Shown: positions 1 to 9,282 of the stretch, one piece after another
How the letters are laid out: each line of letters begins with the position of its first letter
How positions within the stretch are numbered: the stretch's first letter is position 1
Source of the DNA: a bacterium
GTDB lineage: Bacteria > Patescibacteriota > Minisyncoccia > UBA6257 > GWB1-50-10
Reading direction: 5' to 3'
Length of the DNA stretch: 64,000 bases
Assembly (NCBI GenBank): GCA_021801565.1
Contig: JAJYXV010000003.1
Location: forward strand, 68,894-132,893
The notes under the pieces: generated by a model
Told to the model about the DNA's origin: nothing
Databases searched by the model: none
What the model saw: the letters and a program-made list of their open reading frames with translations, nothing else
Program-made: the position numbers and the translations under genes

Positions 1-31
1 TTCTTCCGAAGAATATCGCCAAACAATAAAT

Positions 32-1237
32 ATGAACAAAGTGATTGAAAATATTGAGGTACGGCAAATATTTGATTCGCGCGGAGAACCGACGATTGAA
101 GTTGAGATTATGGGAAGTGGAGGAAAAAAATTTTTATCACAAATTCCTTCAGGAAAAAGCAGGGGGTCCCGAGAGGCAATGGTCTTTTCTTTTTCTGAGG
201 CATTAATTTCTGCCGCAACAATACGAAGCCTTATTATCGGAAGATCATTCCCGTCTATTCGAGAATTTGATGAATTTCTCCTAGGGGAGGATGAAACAAA
301 AAATAAATCAAAACTTGGGGGGAATGTGCTTCTCGGTGCTTCTATTGCGTTCGGGCGTCTTCTTTCTCATGTTGAAAATAAAGAATTATGGGAAGTTCTT
401 CAGGATGAATTTTTTGGTGAGTATAAAAAAGAGAGCTATCGCCCCACTATTTTTTCAAATGTGATAAATGGAGGGGTACACGCGGAAAATAATTTAGATA
501 TCCAAGAATTCATGGTGGTTGCCCGTCCTAAGAGATCGTATACAGAAACTATCGCACGGTTAGAGAAGTTTTATAGACATCTTGGTATCTTTTTAAAAGA
601 TAAAAATAAGGGCAAACATCCTCCGTTAGGAGATGAGGGTGGATATTCAATGAATTTCAATGATAATTTCGAACCGATACAAATTCTCCAAAGTATGATT
701 ATTGATGAGGGATTATCTGAGGTTTTTTCTGTTGGTCTTGATGTTGCAGCTTCTGGTTTATTCGAGAATCATCTATACCGTTTTGGGGGAAAGACTCTTT
801 CTTCTGAAAAATTACACGATGTATACAAAAAATATTTTGAGACAGCAGAGTTGTTATGTAGTATTGAAGATCCATTTGATGAATCCGACAAACATGGATT
901 TGCTTCTTTGAAAAAAACATTGGGGAATAAATGGGTGGTGGGAGATGATTTTACAGTGACCAGTTCGGAGCTCATACAAGAATATGCCGCAGAGAATTGT
1001 ATGAACGCAGTTATTATAAAACCAAACCAAATTGGAACGATATCGGAGACATGTAGGGCGATAAAAATTGCGCATGATTTGGGAATAAAGACAATTGTAT
1101 CTCATCGGTCGGGGGAAACCGAAGATGTGTTCATTATCCACCTCGCAAAAGCAGGGAATGTGCGAGGGGTGAAAATTGGAGCTCCGGTAAAGGAACGTAT
1201 CGCAAAATTTAACGAACTCATCCGTCTTTTTGATTAA
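32..1237 (+). CDS. eno: Enolase (phosphopyruvate hydratase), divergent N-terminal region
   Basis: N-terminus IFDSRGEPTIEVEI and C-terminal IKPNQIGT...SHRSGETED...IGAP motifs match the enolase family. The central substrate-binding region is divergent. Confidence 0.7.
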   Translation: MNKVIENIEVRQIFDSRGEPTIEVEIMGSGGKKFLSQIPSGKSRGSREAMVFSFSEALISAATIRSLIIGRSFPSIREFDEFLLGEDETKNKSKLGGNVLLGASIAFGRLLSHVENKELWEVLQDEFFGEYKKESYRPTIFSNVINGGVHAENNLDIQEFMVVARPKRSYTETIARLEKFYRHLGIFLKDKNKGKHPPLGDEGGYSMNFNDNFEPIQILQSMIIDEGLSEVFSVGLDVAASGLFENHLYRFGGKTLSSEKLHDVYKKYFETAELLCSIEDPFDESDKHGFASLKKTLGNKWVVGDDFTVTSSELIQEYAAENCMNAVIIKPNQIGTISETCRAIKIAHDLGIKTIVSHRSGETEDVFIIHLAKAGNVRGVKIGAPVKERIAKFNELIRLFD

Positions 1238-1242
1238 TTATA

Positions 1243-1965
1243 ATGACAGAAGAAAAGAGTGTACTATCAATTATTCTTGAAGAACCTGATTTTGTAATCG
1301 TAAACAAACCGATAGGTATACTTGTACATGGCTCTGCTCATCATCCAAGTGATGAAATAACGATGGTGGATTTACTTCGCAAAAAATATCCGGAGATAAA
1401 TACTGTGGGGGACGAACCACAGTTTCGTCCTGGAATTGTACATCGGCTTGATCGAGACACTTCAGGGGTGCTTGTGGTTGCGCGAACACAGAAGTTTTTT
1501 TTGTATATGAAGAAGTTACTTCAAGAAAGAATTGCAAAGAAAACATATATTGCACTTGTTCATGGGGTATTCGAGCGAAAGAACGGAGTGATTGATATGC
1601 CGATTGGATTGAAGCCGGGGACAACAAAACGAAGCACTCGTGCACGAAATATGAAAATGATAAAGCCGGCAATTACTGAATATAAAACGGTTGAGCAATT
1701 TGAATATGAAGGAGAGAAATTTTCTCTCGTTGAATTATTTCCAAAAACAGGACGAACGCATCAGTTGCGGGTTCATCTCGCAAGCGTGAACCACGCGATC
1801 GTAGGGGATCAGATGTATGGGAGAAAAGAAAATCCGTGGAGTCTTTCCCGCCAGTTTCTCCATGCTGATTCGATTGAATTTGAGTTACCTTCAGGGAAGC
1901 GCATACGCGCAAGTGCTGATTTACCCGATGATTTAGCAAATGTGTTGAAAAAATTAAGAAAATGA
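1243..1965 (+). CDS. RluA-family pseudouridine synthase (no S4 domain)
   Basis: HRLDRDTSGVLVVAR catalytic-Asp motif of the RluA/TruC family. Confidence 0.8.
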   Translation: MTEEKSVLSIILEEPDFVIVNKPIGILVHGSAHHPSDEITMVDLLRKKYPEINTVGDEPQFRPGIVHRLDRDTSGVLVVARTQKFFLYMKKLLQERIAKKTYIALVHGVFERKNGVIDMPIGLKPGTTKRSTRARNMKMIKPAITEYKTVEQFEYEGEKFSLVELFPKTGRTHQLRVHLASVNHAIVGDQMYGRKENPWSLSRQFLHADSIEFELPSGKRIRASADLPDDLANVLKKLRK

Positions 1966-2079
1966 AGCTCCACGATTTTATACCTGCGTTTTTCATGTAG
2001 ATCGTTTTTGGTGGAGCGGAATTCCGCATTAAAAGTCACCTTCTCATTTGTATGCACTAATGGCTTTTTAGTGCGCGGA

Positions 2080-2111
2080 TAAAAAATCCCCGGTATTTTG
2101 GGGATTTTTTA
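2080..2111. terminator. Bidirectional rho-independent terminator (A-run, 11-bp stem, T-run)
   Basis: aaaaaatcccc-ggtatttt-ggggatttttt lies between the + strand gene ending at 1965 and the - strand small gene ending at 2123. Confidence 0.5.
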
Positions 2112-2122
2112 ATATTTATATA

Positions 2123-2395
2123 CTAGCAGGAGCAGTGTTTCGCTTTTTTGCGGACAATACTTCCTGAATTATCAAGAAGAAGGAAGCTTCCATTTTTGAA
2201 CTTTTTCAAAACCTTTTTTATTTCTATATTTCTTCCGAATTTGTTTCGGAAGAATTTTTTTCGTTCCTCTCTTATCGGTGGATGAAGGGAGGTTGGGGGG
2301 AATATTGTGTTTTCTTGTGGTATTTCTCTTCTTCGTGTTTTATACAACACGAAGTAAATAAAAACTAGCATACCAATAAGAATTACTGCTATCAT
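2123..2395 (-). CDS. Small hypothetical membrane protein (90 aa)
   Basis: N-terminal hydrophobic helix. Strong RBS aaggagaagg 5 nt upstream of the ATG on the minus strand, and the terminator at 2080-2111 downstream. Confidence 0.4.
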   Translation of the reverse strand: MIAVILIGMLVFIYFVLYKTRRREIPQENTIFPPTSLHPPIREERKKFFRNKFGRNIEIKKVLKKFKNGSFLLLDNSGSIVRKKAKHCSC

Positions 2396-2564
2396 AACCT
2401 TCTCCTTTTTGTTAAGTTTTCAAAAAATAGATCATTATTTTTTTACTGCTTTTGAGTGTAACATATAATAATATATATGTCAATAGCTGTTTTCATTTCG
2501 TTTTTTTATGTAAATAATGTGTGATTCTTGCTTAATTTTTGATTATTTGTATAATAATCAGGCT

Positions 2565-2888
2565 ATGGAAGCTCAAATTATAGAAAAAATAAAGCCTGGG
2601 GCAAAAATACGAGTGTGGGAACGCATAAAAGAAGGCGACAAAGAGCGCCAGAGTGCGTTTGAGGGAATCGTACTTGCAAGGAAACATGGCGTGGAATCGG
2701 GTGCAACATTTACTGTGCGTGCAATATTGCAAGAAGTTGGGGTTGAAAAAGTGTACCCGATTAATTCTCCAAATATTGCAAAAATTGAAATTATTTCTGC
2801 ACCAAAAAAAGTGAGACGATCGAAATTGTATTTCTTGAGGGATCTTTCAAGTAAGAAAGTAAGAGAAAAATTGAGACTTACCACATAA
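2565..2888 (+). CDS. rplS: 50S ribosomal protein L19
   Basis: MEAQIIEKIKPGAKIRVWERIKEG...GIVLARKHG matches L19. The ORF track starts at 2517; the internal Met at 2565 is the likely start. Confidence 0.85.
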   Translation: MEAQIIEKIKPGAKIRVWERIKEGDKERQSAFEGIVLARKHGVESGATFTVRAILQEVGVEKVYPINSPNIAKIEIISAPKKVRRSKLYFLRDLSSKKVREKLRLTT

Positions 2889-2967
2889 TACAAAATCTCC
2901 GTTCGAACACCGGGGATTTTATTTGAAAAAAGTAGTAGGGGTGATTATAATGAAAAACACTCCTTGA

Positions 2968-2980
2968 ATATGCGCGGGTG
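2968..2980 (+). repeat. 13-nt direct repeat ATATGCGCGGGTG copying the 5' end of tRNA-Leu (second copy at 3282-3294)
   Basis: Exact 13-mer repeated 314 nt apart, bracketing the GIY-YIG ORF. A D-arm-like segment gcgaagtggcagat follows the first copy. Confidence 0.5.
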
Positions 2981-3037
2981 CCCGCCCATGGCGGATAAGG
3001 CGAAGTGGCAGATTTAACCGCCTTTGGCGGTCGCACT

Positions 3038-3280
3038 ATGGAAGTAATAGTGTATTCAATAAAAAGTTTGAAAGATGGATATCGGTATGTCGGAATTACG
3101 AAAAATCTAGAAGATAGATTGAAGAGGCATAATGGGGGTCATAATATTAGTACCGCGTCCCACGCCCCATTTCAGTTGATTTATGAAGAAGTGTTTTCAT
3201 CTTATAACGATGCAAGAAAAAAAGAGAAATTTTTAAAAAGTGGAGTTGGACGAAAGTTTTTGGATACTTTAATATCTTAA
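3038..3280 (+). CDS. GIY-YIG nuclease domain protein (~80 aa)
   Basis: VYSIKSLKDGYRYVGITKNLEDRLKRHN is the GIY-(x10)-YVG...R...H signature. The ORF track starts at a GTG at 3005; the ATG at 3038 is more likely. Confidence 0.75.
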   Translation: MEVIVYSIKSLKDGYRYVGITKNLEDRLKRHNGGHNISTASHAPFQLIYEEVFSSYNDARKKEKFLKSGVGRKFLDTLIS

Positions 3281-3285
3281 GATAT

Positions 3286-3372
3286 GCGCGGGTGGCGAAA
3301 CTGGCAGACGCACTACCTTGAGGTGGTAGCGCCCGCAAGGGCTTGGAGGTTCAAATCCTCTCCCGCGCACCA
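3286..3372 (+). tRNA. tRNA-Leu (anticodon GAG), CCA encoded
   Basis: Acceptor GCGCGGG/CCCGCGC, anticodon loop ttGAGgt, long variable arm gcccgcaagggc, T-arm ggagg-ttcaaat-cctct, 3' ACCA. Confidence 0.85.
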
Positions 3373-3376
3373 GAAT

Positions 3377-3415
3377 ACAAAAGGAAAGAATTTTAATTCT
3401 TTCCTTTTGTATTTA
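3377..3415 (+). terminator. Rho-independent terminator after tRNA-Leu
   Basis: Perfect hairpin acaaaaggaaagaatt-ttaa-ttctttccttttgt followed by attta. Confidence 0.6.
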
Positions 3416-3437
3416 TAGATATGTGAAGGATTTGAAT

Positions 3438-3560
3438 GAGAAGGGGGTCGGGGGAACGGAAGTTTCCCCGTGTAAGAAAATACTAAAAACCGAGAGGTTG
3501 TTAGGGAGCGAAGCGACGTTCAAATCCTCCGCCAGAGGCGGACAAGTCTCCCGCGCACCG
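3438..3560 (+). ncRNA. Unclassified structured element A, paralogous to element B at 9283-9438, ending in a tRNA-Leu 3'-end-like sequence
   Basis: Shares AAGGGGGTCGGGG and AAACCG.GGG..T..TA.GGAG.GAAGCGA.G with 9283-9438. Its 3' part gttcaaatcctc...tctcccgcgcacc resembles the T-arm and acceptor 3' strand of the tRNA-Leu just upstream. Confidence 0.3.
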
Positions 3561-3625
3561 GATTATTTGAAGTGATTTGAATAGATGGGAAATTAGAAAG
3601 TTGATGAGTTTGATATAATGAACTC

Positions 3626-4768
3626 ATGAAGAAGAGTCAATTTATTGTTTTTGGTATTGTGCTTATAGTACTCTGTGTTGGAGGATATTTTGTCTTTTCG
3701 TACTTTGAAGAATGGCTCCCGTCTTCACCCACTTTTGATACATATAATCTCCCACCAAATTCCTCTACAACAGGAGATAATATTTCAGATAGTATGGTGA
3801 AAGATCCTTATGCAGGATGGAAAATATACACAAATGAAAAATATGGATACTCGATACATTACCCTGGAAATTGGTATGTCGACACGCGCTTTTCGAATAG
3901 AGATTTCAGCACGCGCGGAAGTGGTGATGTGATGGGCGGGGATACGCTGTTCGCAAATTACGAGAATGGCTATGATTACGACATTACGAATATGCCACGG
4001 GATTTCGATTCAATACAGCTTCTCATTTATAAAACCGATCCAAAGATTGTTTTTCTTGATGATTACGTGAAGACGATCAATTTTGTTGGGTTGTATACAA
4101 AAGAAGATATAATGATCCATGGCGTTCCGGGGCTCAAGCTTACCTTCAGTAAAGACAGAGAGCAGCCATCCGCGGATGCAGTAGTATTTTTAAAGATCAA
4201 TGATAGGGTGTTCAACTTCAGTATACGAGATTCCGCGATAAAAGAACTCATAACCAACTCCTTCCGTCCAAGCGAAAAAAATATGCTTCTTTTAAAACTC
4301 CTTAATCAGCATTTTCCTCCATTTGGAATAGTGGATACACCATTCGCATTTATAAACGGGGGATATAAATATTCATACTGTGGAGGAAAGATGCTTGGTG
4401 AAGAGGACTGCAAGAACAATCCAATATATCAAAATACAACAAGCATATATCTTGACGAAGGTGTGCTCTCGTTTGAAAAAACACAAAATGGGATATATTA
4501 TGTCGCAACGATCGTCACGTTCAATGCCGGAGGAACAGGTCAATATAAATATCTTGTCCTTTTGAACGGAACCCCCGATTCCGATCTTTCGTATGTCGCA
4601 AGTGTAGATCTTGGTGATAGGGTGCAAATACACAGTATCTCATTTTCCGAGGGGAAAATTGTTCTCGATATGAATATACATGGACCAAATGATGGACTAT
4701 GTTGTCCAAGTGTTCGTACAACGAAAATATTCGAATTACAGGGAGGAAATTTAATGGAAGTCCATTAA
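3626..4768 (+). CDS. Hypothetical secreted or membrane-anchored protein (380 aa)
   Basis: N-terminal TM/signal anchor FIVFGIVLIVLCVGGYFVF. No recognisable catalytic motif. A TGnTATAAT element lies 6 nt upstream of the ATG. Confidence 0.6.
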   Translation: MKKSQFIVFGIVLIVLCVGGYFVFSYFEEWLPSSPTFDTYNLPPNSSTTGDNISDSMVKDPYAGWKIYTNEKYGYSIHYPGNWYVDTRFSNRDFSTRGSGDVMGGDTLFANYENGYDYDITNMPRDFDSIQLLIYKTDPKIVFLDDYVKTINFVGLYTKEDIMIHGVPGLKLTFSKDREQPSADAVVFLKINDRVFNFSIRDSAIKELITNSFRPSEKNMLLLKLLNQHFPPFGIVDTPFAFINGGYKYSYCGGKMLGEEDCKNNPIYQNTTSIYLDEGVLSFEKTQNGIYYVATIVTFNAGGTGQYKYLVLLNGTPDSDLSYVASVDLGDRVQIHSISFSEGKIVLDMNIHGPNDGLCCPSVRTTKIFELQGGNLMEVH

Positions 4769-4877
4769 TCGGAGTTGATTTAATAGTAGTTTCTATTCAA
4801 GATAGATTATTGACTAAACGTTATTTTTACTTTATCGTATCTATAGCGATTTTTTAACTATACATGTGGAGGTTATC

Positions 4878-5453
4878 ATGATTCTCGTGGCATTTGAGGG
4901 ACCTTCCGGGAGCGGGAAGAGTACCGCAATTTTGAATGCAAAAAAGTGTTTTGAGACGCACGGATACAGAGTTAGAGTTGTTGATACGGATTCCGGTATG
5001 CGCAGAGACACGTTGAAAAAGATTGCAAAAAAACTTTCCTCGAATAACCCTCTTCGCACGCTTATTTTTTGGATCTTTCGTTTTAGAGAGGCAAAAAAAA
5101 TAAGGAGGATACAAAATAATTATGATCTTATCCTCGCAGACCGATATGTTGGAACTCCATACGTATTTTCGATATGTAGTGGTATTCCAGAAAAGATAGT
5201 TAGGTGGCTCTATTTCGCGATTAATCCAAAGCCAAATCTTACCCTCTTTTTCAATGTATCACTTCCGGAGATAAGGAAACGTAAGCTTTCTGAGACGAAT
5301 GCAAAAAGCAAAGATGGATTTTCAAAACTTCTCTCTTTTCAATATCGACGCGTTGCGAAAAAATTTAATTGGCAATTAATTGATGCGTCGCAAACTGAGA
5401 ATGAGGTGGCGACGGATTGCATCGCATTCATTTTTGAAAAAATGAACAAATAA
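4878..5453 (+). CDS. tmk: Thymidylate kinase family protein
   Basis: P-loop [13 protein letters not shown] and DRY motif ILADRYVGTPYVFS. GGAGG RBS 6 nt upstream of the ATG at 4878 (ORF track starts 4866). Confidence 0.65.
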   Translation: MILVAFEGPSGSGKSTAILNAKKCFETHGYRVRVVDTDSGMRRDTLKKIAKKLSSNNPLRTLIFWIFRFREAKKIRRIQNNYDLILADRYVGTPYVFSICSGIPEKIVRWLYFAINPKPNLTLFFNVSLPEIRKRKLSETNAKSKDGFSKLLSFQYRRVAKKFNWQLIDASQTENEVATDCIAFIFEKMNK

Positions 5454-5458
5454 AAACC

Positions 5459-5488
5459 TAGTATTATAAGTACTAGGTTTTTTGGTAT
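5459..5488 (+). terminator. Rho-independent terminator
   Basis: acctagta-ttataag-tactaggt followed by tttttt. Confidence 0.5.
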
Positions 5489-5521
5489 AATGAATACAGA
5501 TAATTTATATATGGAGGGATA

Positions 5522-5854
5522 GTGGAGAAGAATATAAAATTTCTTTGTGAACACTGTGAAGTGATTGCAGAGCATAAACTTTTTTTTCCAATGCGTGGGA
5601 GGGGAGTAATTCAATACGTTTCTGTGTGCAGTGTATGCATGTCGGTTTCTTTGCATGGTGTAAAAGCAGAAGAAAGTGAAATAAGGGCAATTGAGCACAT
5701 ACATTTTCTTTGTGGTGTATGCAACATGCGGGTACGCGGAAAAATTATTTCAGAAAAGGAAGAGAGTACTGAATATAAGGGCAAAAGAGAAAAATATATC
5801 GAAATTATAGTTCAATGCTTAAGGTGTCACAAAACGAAGAAATTAGCCCTCTAA
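5522..5854 (+). CDS. Zinc-ribbon protein with a duplicated CxxC...CxxC module (110 aa)
   Basis: Four CxxC pairs arranged as two similar halves (FLCEHCEV... and FLCGVCNM...). Confidence 0.45.
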   Translation: MEKNIKFLCEHCEVIAEHKLFFPMRGRGVIQYVSVCSVCMSVSLHGVKAEESEIRAIEHIHFLCGVCNMRVRGKIISEKEESTEYKGKREKYIEIIVQCLRCHKTKKLAL

Positions 5855-5978
5855 AATTAAACAAAATGAGTCTTGAAAATTAAGCTCATTTTTTTATTAT
5901 TATATATCGAAATATTTCAGTAAAAATGAGCCTTTTTTCCTCTTTTGAAGCTTCCATTTTTATGTAAAATTTGATAGA

Positions 5979-7946
5979 ATGAAAAGGTGCCAAGAAGGCA
6001 TTATTTTTATGGCAAAGGAAACGAAAAAAGATGAAAAAAAGATCCAATCTTCCTCATATAGTGCAAAAGATATATATGTTCTTGAGGGACTTGATCCAGT
6101 GAGAAAAAGGCCAGGAATGTATATCGGTTCAACCGGTGTCGACGGACTGCATCATTTAATTTGGGAAATTGTGGACAATTCACTCGACGAGGCAATTGGA
6201 GGATATGCAAAAAAAATTACACTTGAGCTTTTGAAAGATGGGGTTGTATCTGTCACCGATGACGGGCGAGGTATCCCGGTTGATATACATCCGCAAACAA
6301 AAAAATCAGCACTTGAAACGGCATTGTGCACACTTCATGCGGGAGGAAAATTCGGAGGAGATTCATACAAAATTTCTTCAGGACTTCACGGAGTCGGTGT
6401 TTCTGTGGTAAATGCACTTTCCACATGGATGAAAGCAGAAATTCATAAAGACGGAGGAATTTATGTACAAGAATATAAAAAAGGGATTCCGCAATATAGT
6501 GTAAAAAAAATCGGGAAATCGGAGAGAACAGGAACAAAAATAACGTTTCAAGCGGATCCGACGATTTTTCAAAAAATTGAATTTGATACAAAAAAAATTA
6601 CCGACCATCTCCGTCAGCAGGCATATCTGACAAAAGGAATTCATATCGACATTATTGATACGAGAAAAGGACAACCGATATTTTATGGCTTCTATTTTGA
6701 CGGTGGATTAAAATCATTTCTTCATTATTTGGTAAGTGAGACGGAAGAGATTATTCAAGATGAAGCGTTTTATGTGCATAAAGAAATGGAAAAAATCGAT
6801 ATTGAAGCGTCATTTCTTTACACAAGCGATGTAGAAAGCGAAGAGATGAGTTTTGCAAACAATATTTATACCACAGATGGGGGGATGCATCTTACTGGAT
6901 TTCGTTCCGCACTTACTCGATCGTTAAATGATTATGCAAGACAAAACGGCTTTCTCAAAGATGCTGATGAAAATCTTACTGGTGACGATGTTCGTGAGGG
7001 ACTTATTGCACTTGTTTCTGTAAAACTACGCGAACCTCAGTTTGAAGGACAAACAAAAGCGCGACTGGGAAATCCAGAGGCACGTACTGCAGTTGAAACA
7101 GCGGTAAACGAAGCACTTAAAGAATTTCTCGAAAAAAGATCATCTGACGCACGACGTATTATCGAAAAAAATCTTCTTGCCGCGAAAGCGCGAAAAGCGG
7201 CAAAAGCCGCGAAAGATACAGTACTTCGCAAAGGTGCGCTGGAGGGACTCACGCTCCCAGGAAAATTAGCTGATTGTTCATCGCGGAAGGCGGAGGAATC
7301 AGAACTTTTTATTGTTGAAGGAGATTCAGCGGGCGGTTCGTGTAAACAAGGAAGGGACAGAAAAACACAGGCAATTTTGCCTTTGCGAGGAAAAATTTTG
7401 AATGTTGAGAAATCACGCGTGGATAAAATGCTTTTAAACAAAGAAGTGCGTTCGCTTGTTGTTGCGTTAGGGACTGCAATTTCTGATAAATTTGATATTT
7501 CAAAACTTCGGTATCATAAAGTTATTTTAATGGCTGATGCCGATGTTGATGGTGCTCATATTACAACACTTCTTCTCACGCTATTCTATCGTTACTTCAG
7601 ACAGATTATTGAAGGCGGGTATCTTTATATTGCGCAACCACCACTTTTCCGTGTACAAAAAGGAAAGGATATTCGATATGCATATACCGAAGAGGAAAGA
7701 GATAAAACACTGAAATCGTTCGGGGGAGAAGGATCGGTACAGCGATATAAGGGTTTAGGAGAAATGAATCCAGATCAATTATGGGAGACAACAATGAATC
7801 CAGAAAACAGAATGTTGAAACGCGTATCTATTAATGATGTGATACAAGCAGATAAACTTTTTGATATTCTCATGGGAGAAGCAGTTGAACCACGTAAGAA
7901 ATTTATACAGGCCCATGCGAGTACTGTGCAAAATCTTGACATTTAA
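5979..7946 (+). CDS. gyrB: DNA gyrase subunit B (type IIA topoisomerase B subunit)
   Basis: GHKL ATPase motif [21 protein letters not shown] region, C-terminal [21 protein letters not shown]. The start may be the Met at 6009. Confidence 0.85.
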   Translation: MKRCQEGIIFMAKETKKDEKKIQSSSYSAKDIYVLEGLDPVRKRPGMYIGSTGVDGLHHLIWEIVDNSLDEAIGGYAKKITLELLKDGVVSVTDDGRGIPVDIHPQTKKSALETALCTLHAGGKFGGDSYKISSGLHGVGVSVVNALSTWMKAEIHKDGGIYVQEYKKGIPQYSVKKIGKSERTGTKITFQADPTIFQKIEFDTKKITDHLRQQAYLTKGIHIDIIDTRKGQPIFYGFYFDGGLKSFLHYLVSETEEIIQDEAFYVHKEMEKIDIEASFLYTSDVESEEMSFANNIYTTDGGMHLTGFRSALTRSLNDYARQNGFLKDADENLTGDDVREGLIALVSVKLREPQFEGQTKARLGNPEARTAVETAVNEALKEFLEKRSSDARRIIEKNLLAAKARKAAKAAKDTVLRKGALEGLTLPGKLADCSSRKAEESELFIVEGDSAGGSCKQGRDRKTQAILPLRGKILNVEKSRVDKMLLNKEVRSLVVALGTAISDKFDISKLRYHKVILMADADVDGAHITTLLLTLFYRYFRQIIEGGYLYIAQPPLFRVQKGKDIRYAYTEEERDKTLKSFGGEGSVQRYKGLGEMNPDQLWETTMNPENRMLKRVSINDVIQADKLFDILMGEAVEPRKKFIQAHASTVQNLDI

Positions 7947-7979
7947 CTTTCTAAATCTTAATCTAAGCACACATACACA

Positions 7980-8171
7980 TTGTCTATGTTTGAACGTATT
8001 AACATATTTTTACAGGAATCACGTCAGGAATTAAAACGGGTGAATTGGCCGACACGTGCAGAAACCGTAAGATATACACTTTTTGTTATCGGATTTTCTG
8101 TAGGTATTGCAATTCTTTTAGGGATTGTTGATTTTATTTTTCTTCAGGTACTTGACCGCCTTGTTGTGTAA
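7980..8171 (+). CDS. secE: Preprotein translocase subunit SecE
   Basis: Small protein with a C-terminal TM helix, in the conserved secE-nusG-rplK gene order. Confidence 0.75.
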   Translation: MSMFERINIFLQESRQELKRVNWPTRAETVRYTLFVIGFSVGIAILLGIVDFIFLQVLDRLVV

Positions 8172-8181
8172 TATAACCACT

Positions 8182-8745
8182 ATGAATAAGAATATTTATA
8201 ATCAAAAAGAAGAAAAGGTGGAACGGAAGTGGTATGCAATACATACGTACTCCGGATATGAAGATGCAGTAGCACGTTATTTAAAACAGCGTGTTGAGTC
8301 ATTACTTATGGGAGATAAAATTTTTGATGTTGTTGTTCCAAAAGAAGTAAAAATAAAAGTAAAAAATGGAAAACGACATGCAACAGAAGAAAAAATTTAT
8401 CCCGGATACGTATTGGTAAATATGATTATGGATCATGATTCGTGGTCAGTGGTGCGAAATACTCCTCGTGTGACGGGATTTGTAGGGGCTGATTCAACAA
8501 CACCAACACCACTTTCAAAAGAAGAAATTGATGAACTTATGTCGAAGATGGGCCCGCAAGAGCCGCGTTTTAATGTTGATTTGAAGAAAAATGATTTAGT
8601 TCGTATTAGTGATGGACCATTTCGAGATTATGAAGGAAAAGTTGCAGATATTGATGAAGAGCGCGGGAAGGTAAAAGTGATTGTCTCGATATTTAATCGA
8701 GATACGGTTGTAGAACTTGATTCTCTCCAAGTTGCGAAGATGTAA
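8182..8745 (+). CDS. nusG: Transcription termination/antitermination factor NusG
   Basis: KWYAIHTYSGYEDAV NGN domain and C-terminal KOW. ORF track starts at 8125; the ATG at 8182 is the likely start. Confidence 0.85.
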   Translation: MNKNIYNQKEEKVERKWYAIHTYSGYEDAVARYLKQRVESLLMGDKIFDVVVPKEVKIKVKNGKRHATEEKIYPGYVLVNMIMDHDSWSVVRNTPRVTGFVGADSTTPTPLSKEEIDELMSKMGPQEPRFNVDLKKNDLVRISDGPFRDYEGKVADIDEERGKVKVIVSIFNRDTVVELDSLQVAKM

Positions 8746-8752
8746 AAAAATT

Positions 8753-8781
8753 TTGACTGAGAGAAGAAAATACGCTACTAT
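8753..8781 (+). promoter_or_regulatory. Sigma70-like promoter TTGACT-17-TACTAT upstream of rplK
   Basis: -35 at 8753-8758 and -10 at 8776-8781 with a 17-nt spacer, 25 nt upstream of the rplK ATG. Confidence 0.35.
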
Positions 8782-8805
8782 CTTTGGGCACGTGAGGTAA
8801 TATAT

Positions 8806-9234
8806 ATGGCAACAAAACCAATAAAAACAGTACTAAAACTTCAAATTGAAGCGGGGAAAGCGAATCCGGCACCGCCAATTGGACCGGCACTTGGTCAACA
8901 TGGAGTGAATATCCAGCAATTCTGTCAGCAGTTTAATGAGGCAACAAAGGATATGATGGGCGATATTGTTCCCGCTGAGATTACGATTTATCAAGACAGG
9001 ACATTTGATTTTAAATTAAAAACATCTCCTGCCTCGGCGCTACTTAGAAAGGCAGCAGGAATTCCGAAAGGCTCACCAATTCCTCATAAGCAAAAAGTAG
9101 GAAAAGTGACAAAAACACAACTTCGTGAGATTGCAGAGAAGAAAATGGTTGATTTGAATGCAAATGATGTAGAAGCAGCAATGAAAATTATTGAAGGAAG
9201 TGCCCGCAACATGGGAATTGAAATTATAGATTAG
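8806..9234 (+). CDS. rplK: 50S ribosomal protein L11
   Basis: [24 protein letters not shown] is the L11 signature. Confidence 0.95.
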   Translation: MATKPIKTVLKLQIEAGKANPAPPIGPALGQHGVNIQQFCQQFNEATKDMMGDIVPAEITIYQDRTFDFKLKTSPASALLRKAAGIPKGSPIPHKQKVGKVTKTQLREIAEKKMVDLNANDVEAAMKIIEGSARNMGIEIID

Positions 9235-9268
9235 AAAAAATCCTGCTTCTGGCAGGATTTTTTAATAT
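9235..9268 (+). terminator. Rho-independent terminator after rplK
   Basis: aaaaaatcctgc-ttct-ggcaggatttttt. Confidence 0.6.
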
Positions 9269-9282
9269 TTGAATTTTATGTT

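Noticed and set aside
3438-3560. Considered tmRNA, SRP RNA or RNase P RNA for elements A and B
   Set aside because: Too short (120-160 nt). No CCACCA tRNA-like end, no GGUCCGGAAGGAAGCAGC SRP domain IV, and no GGAAAGUCCGGGCUCC RNase P P4 motif was visible. They are left as unclassified.
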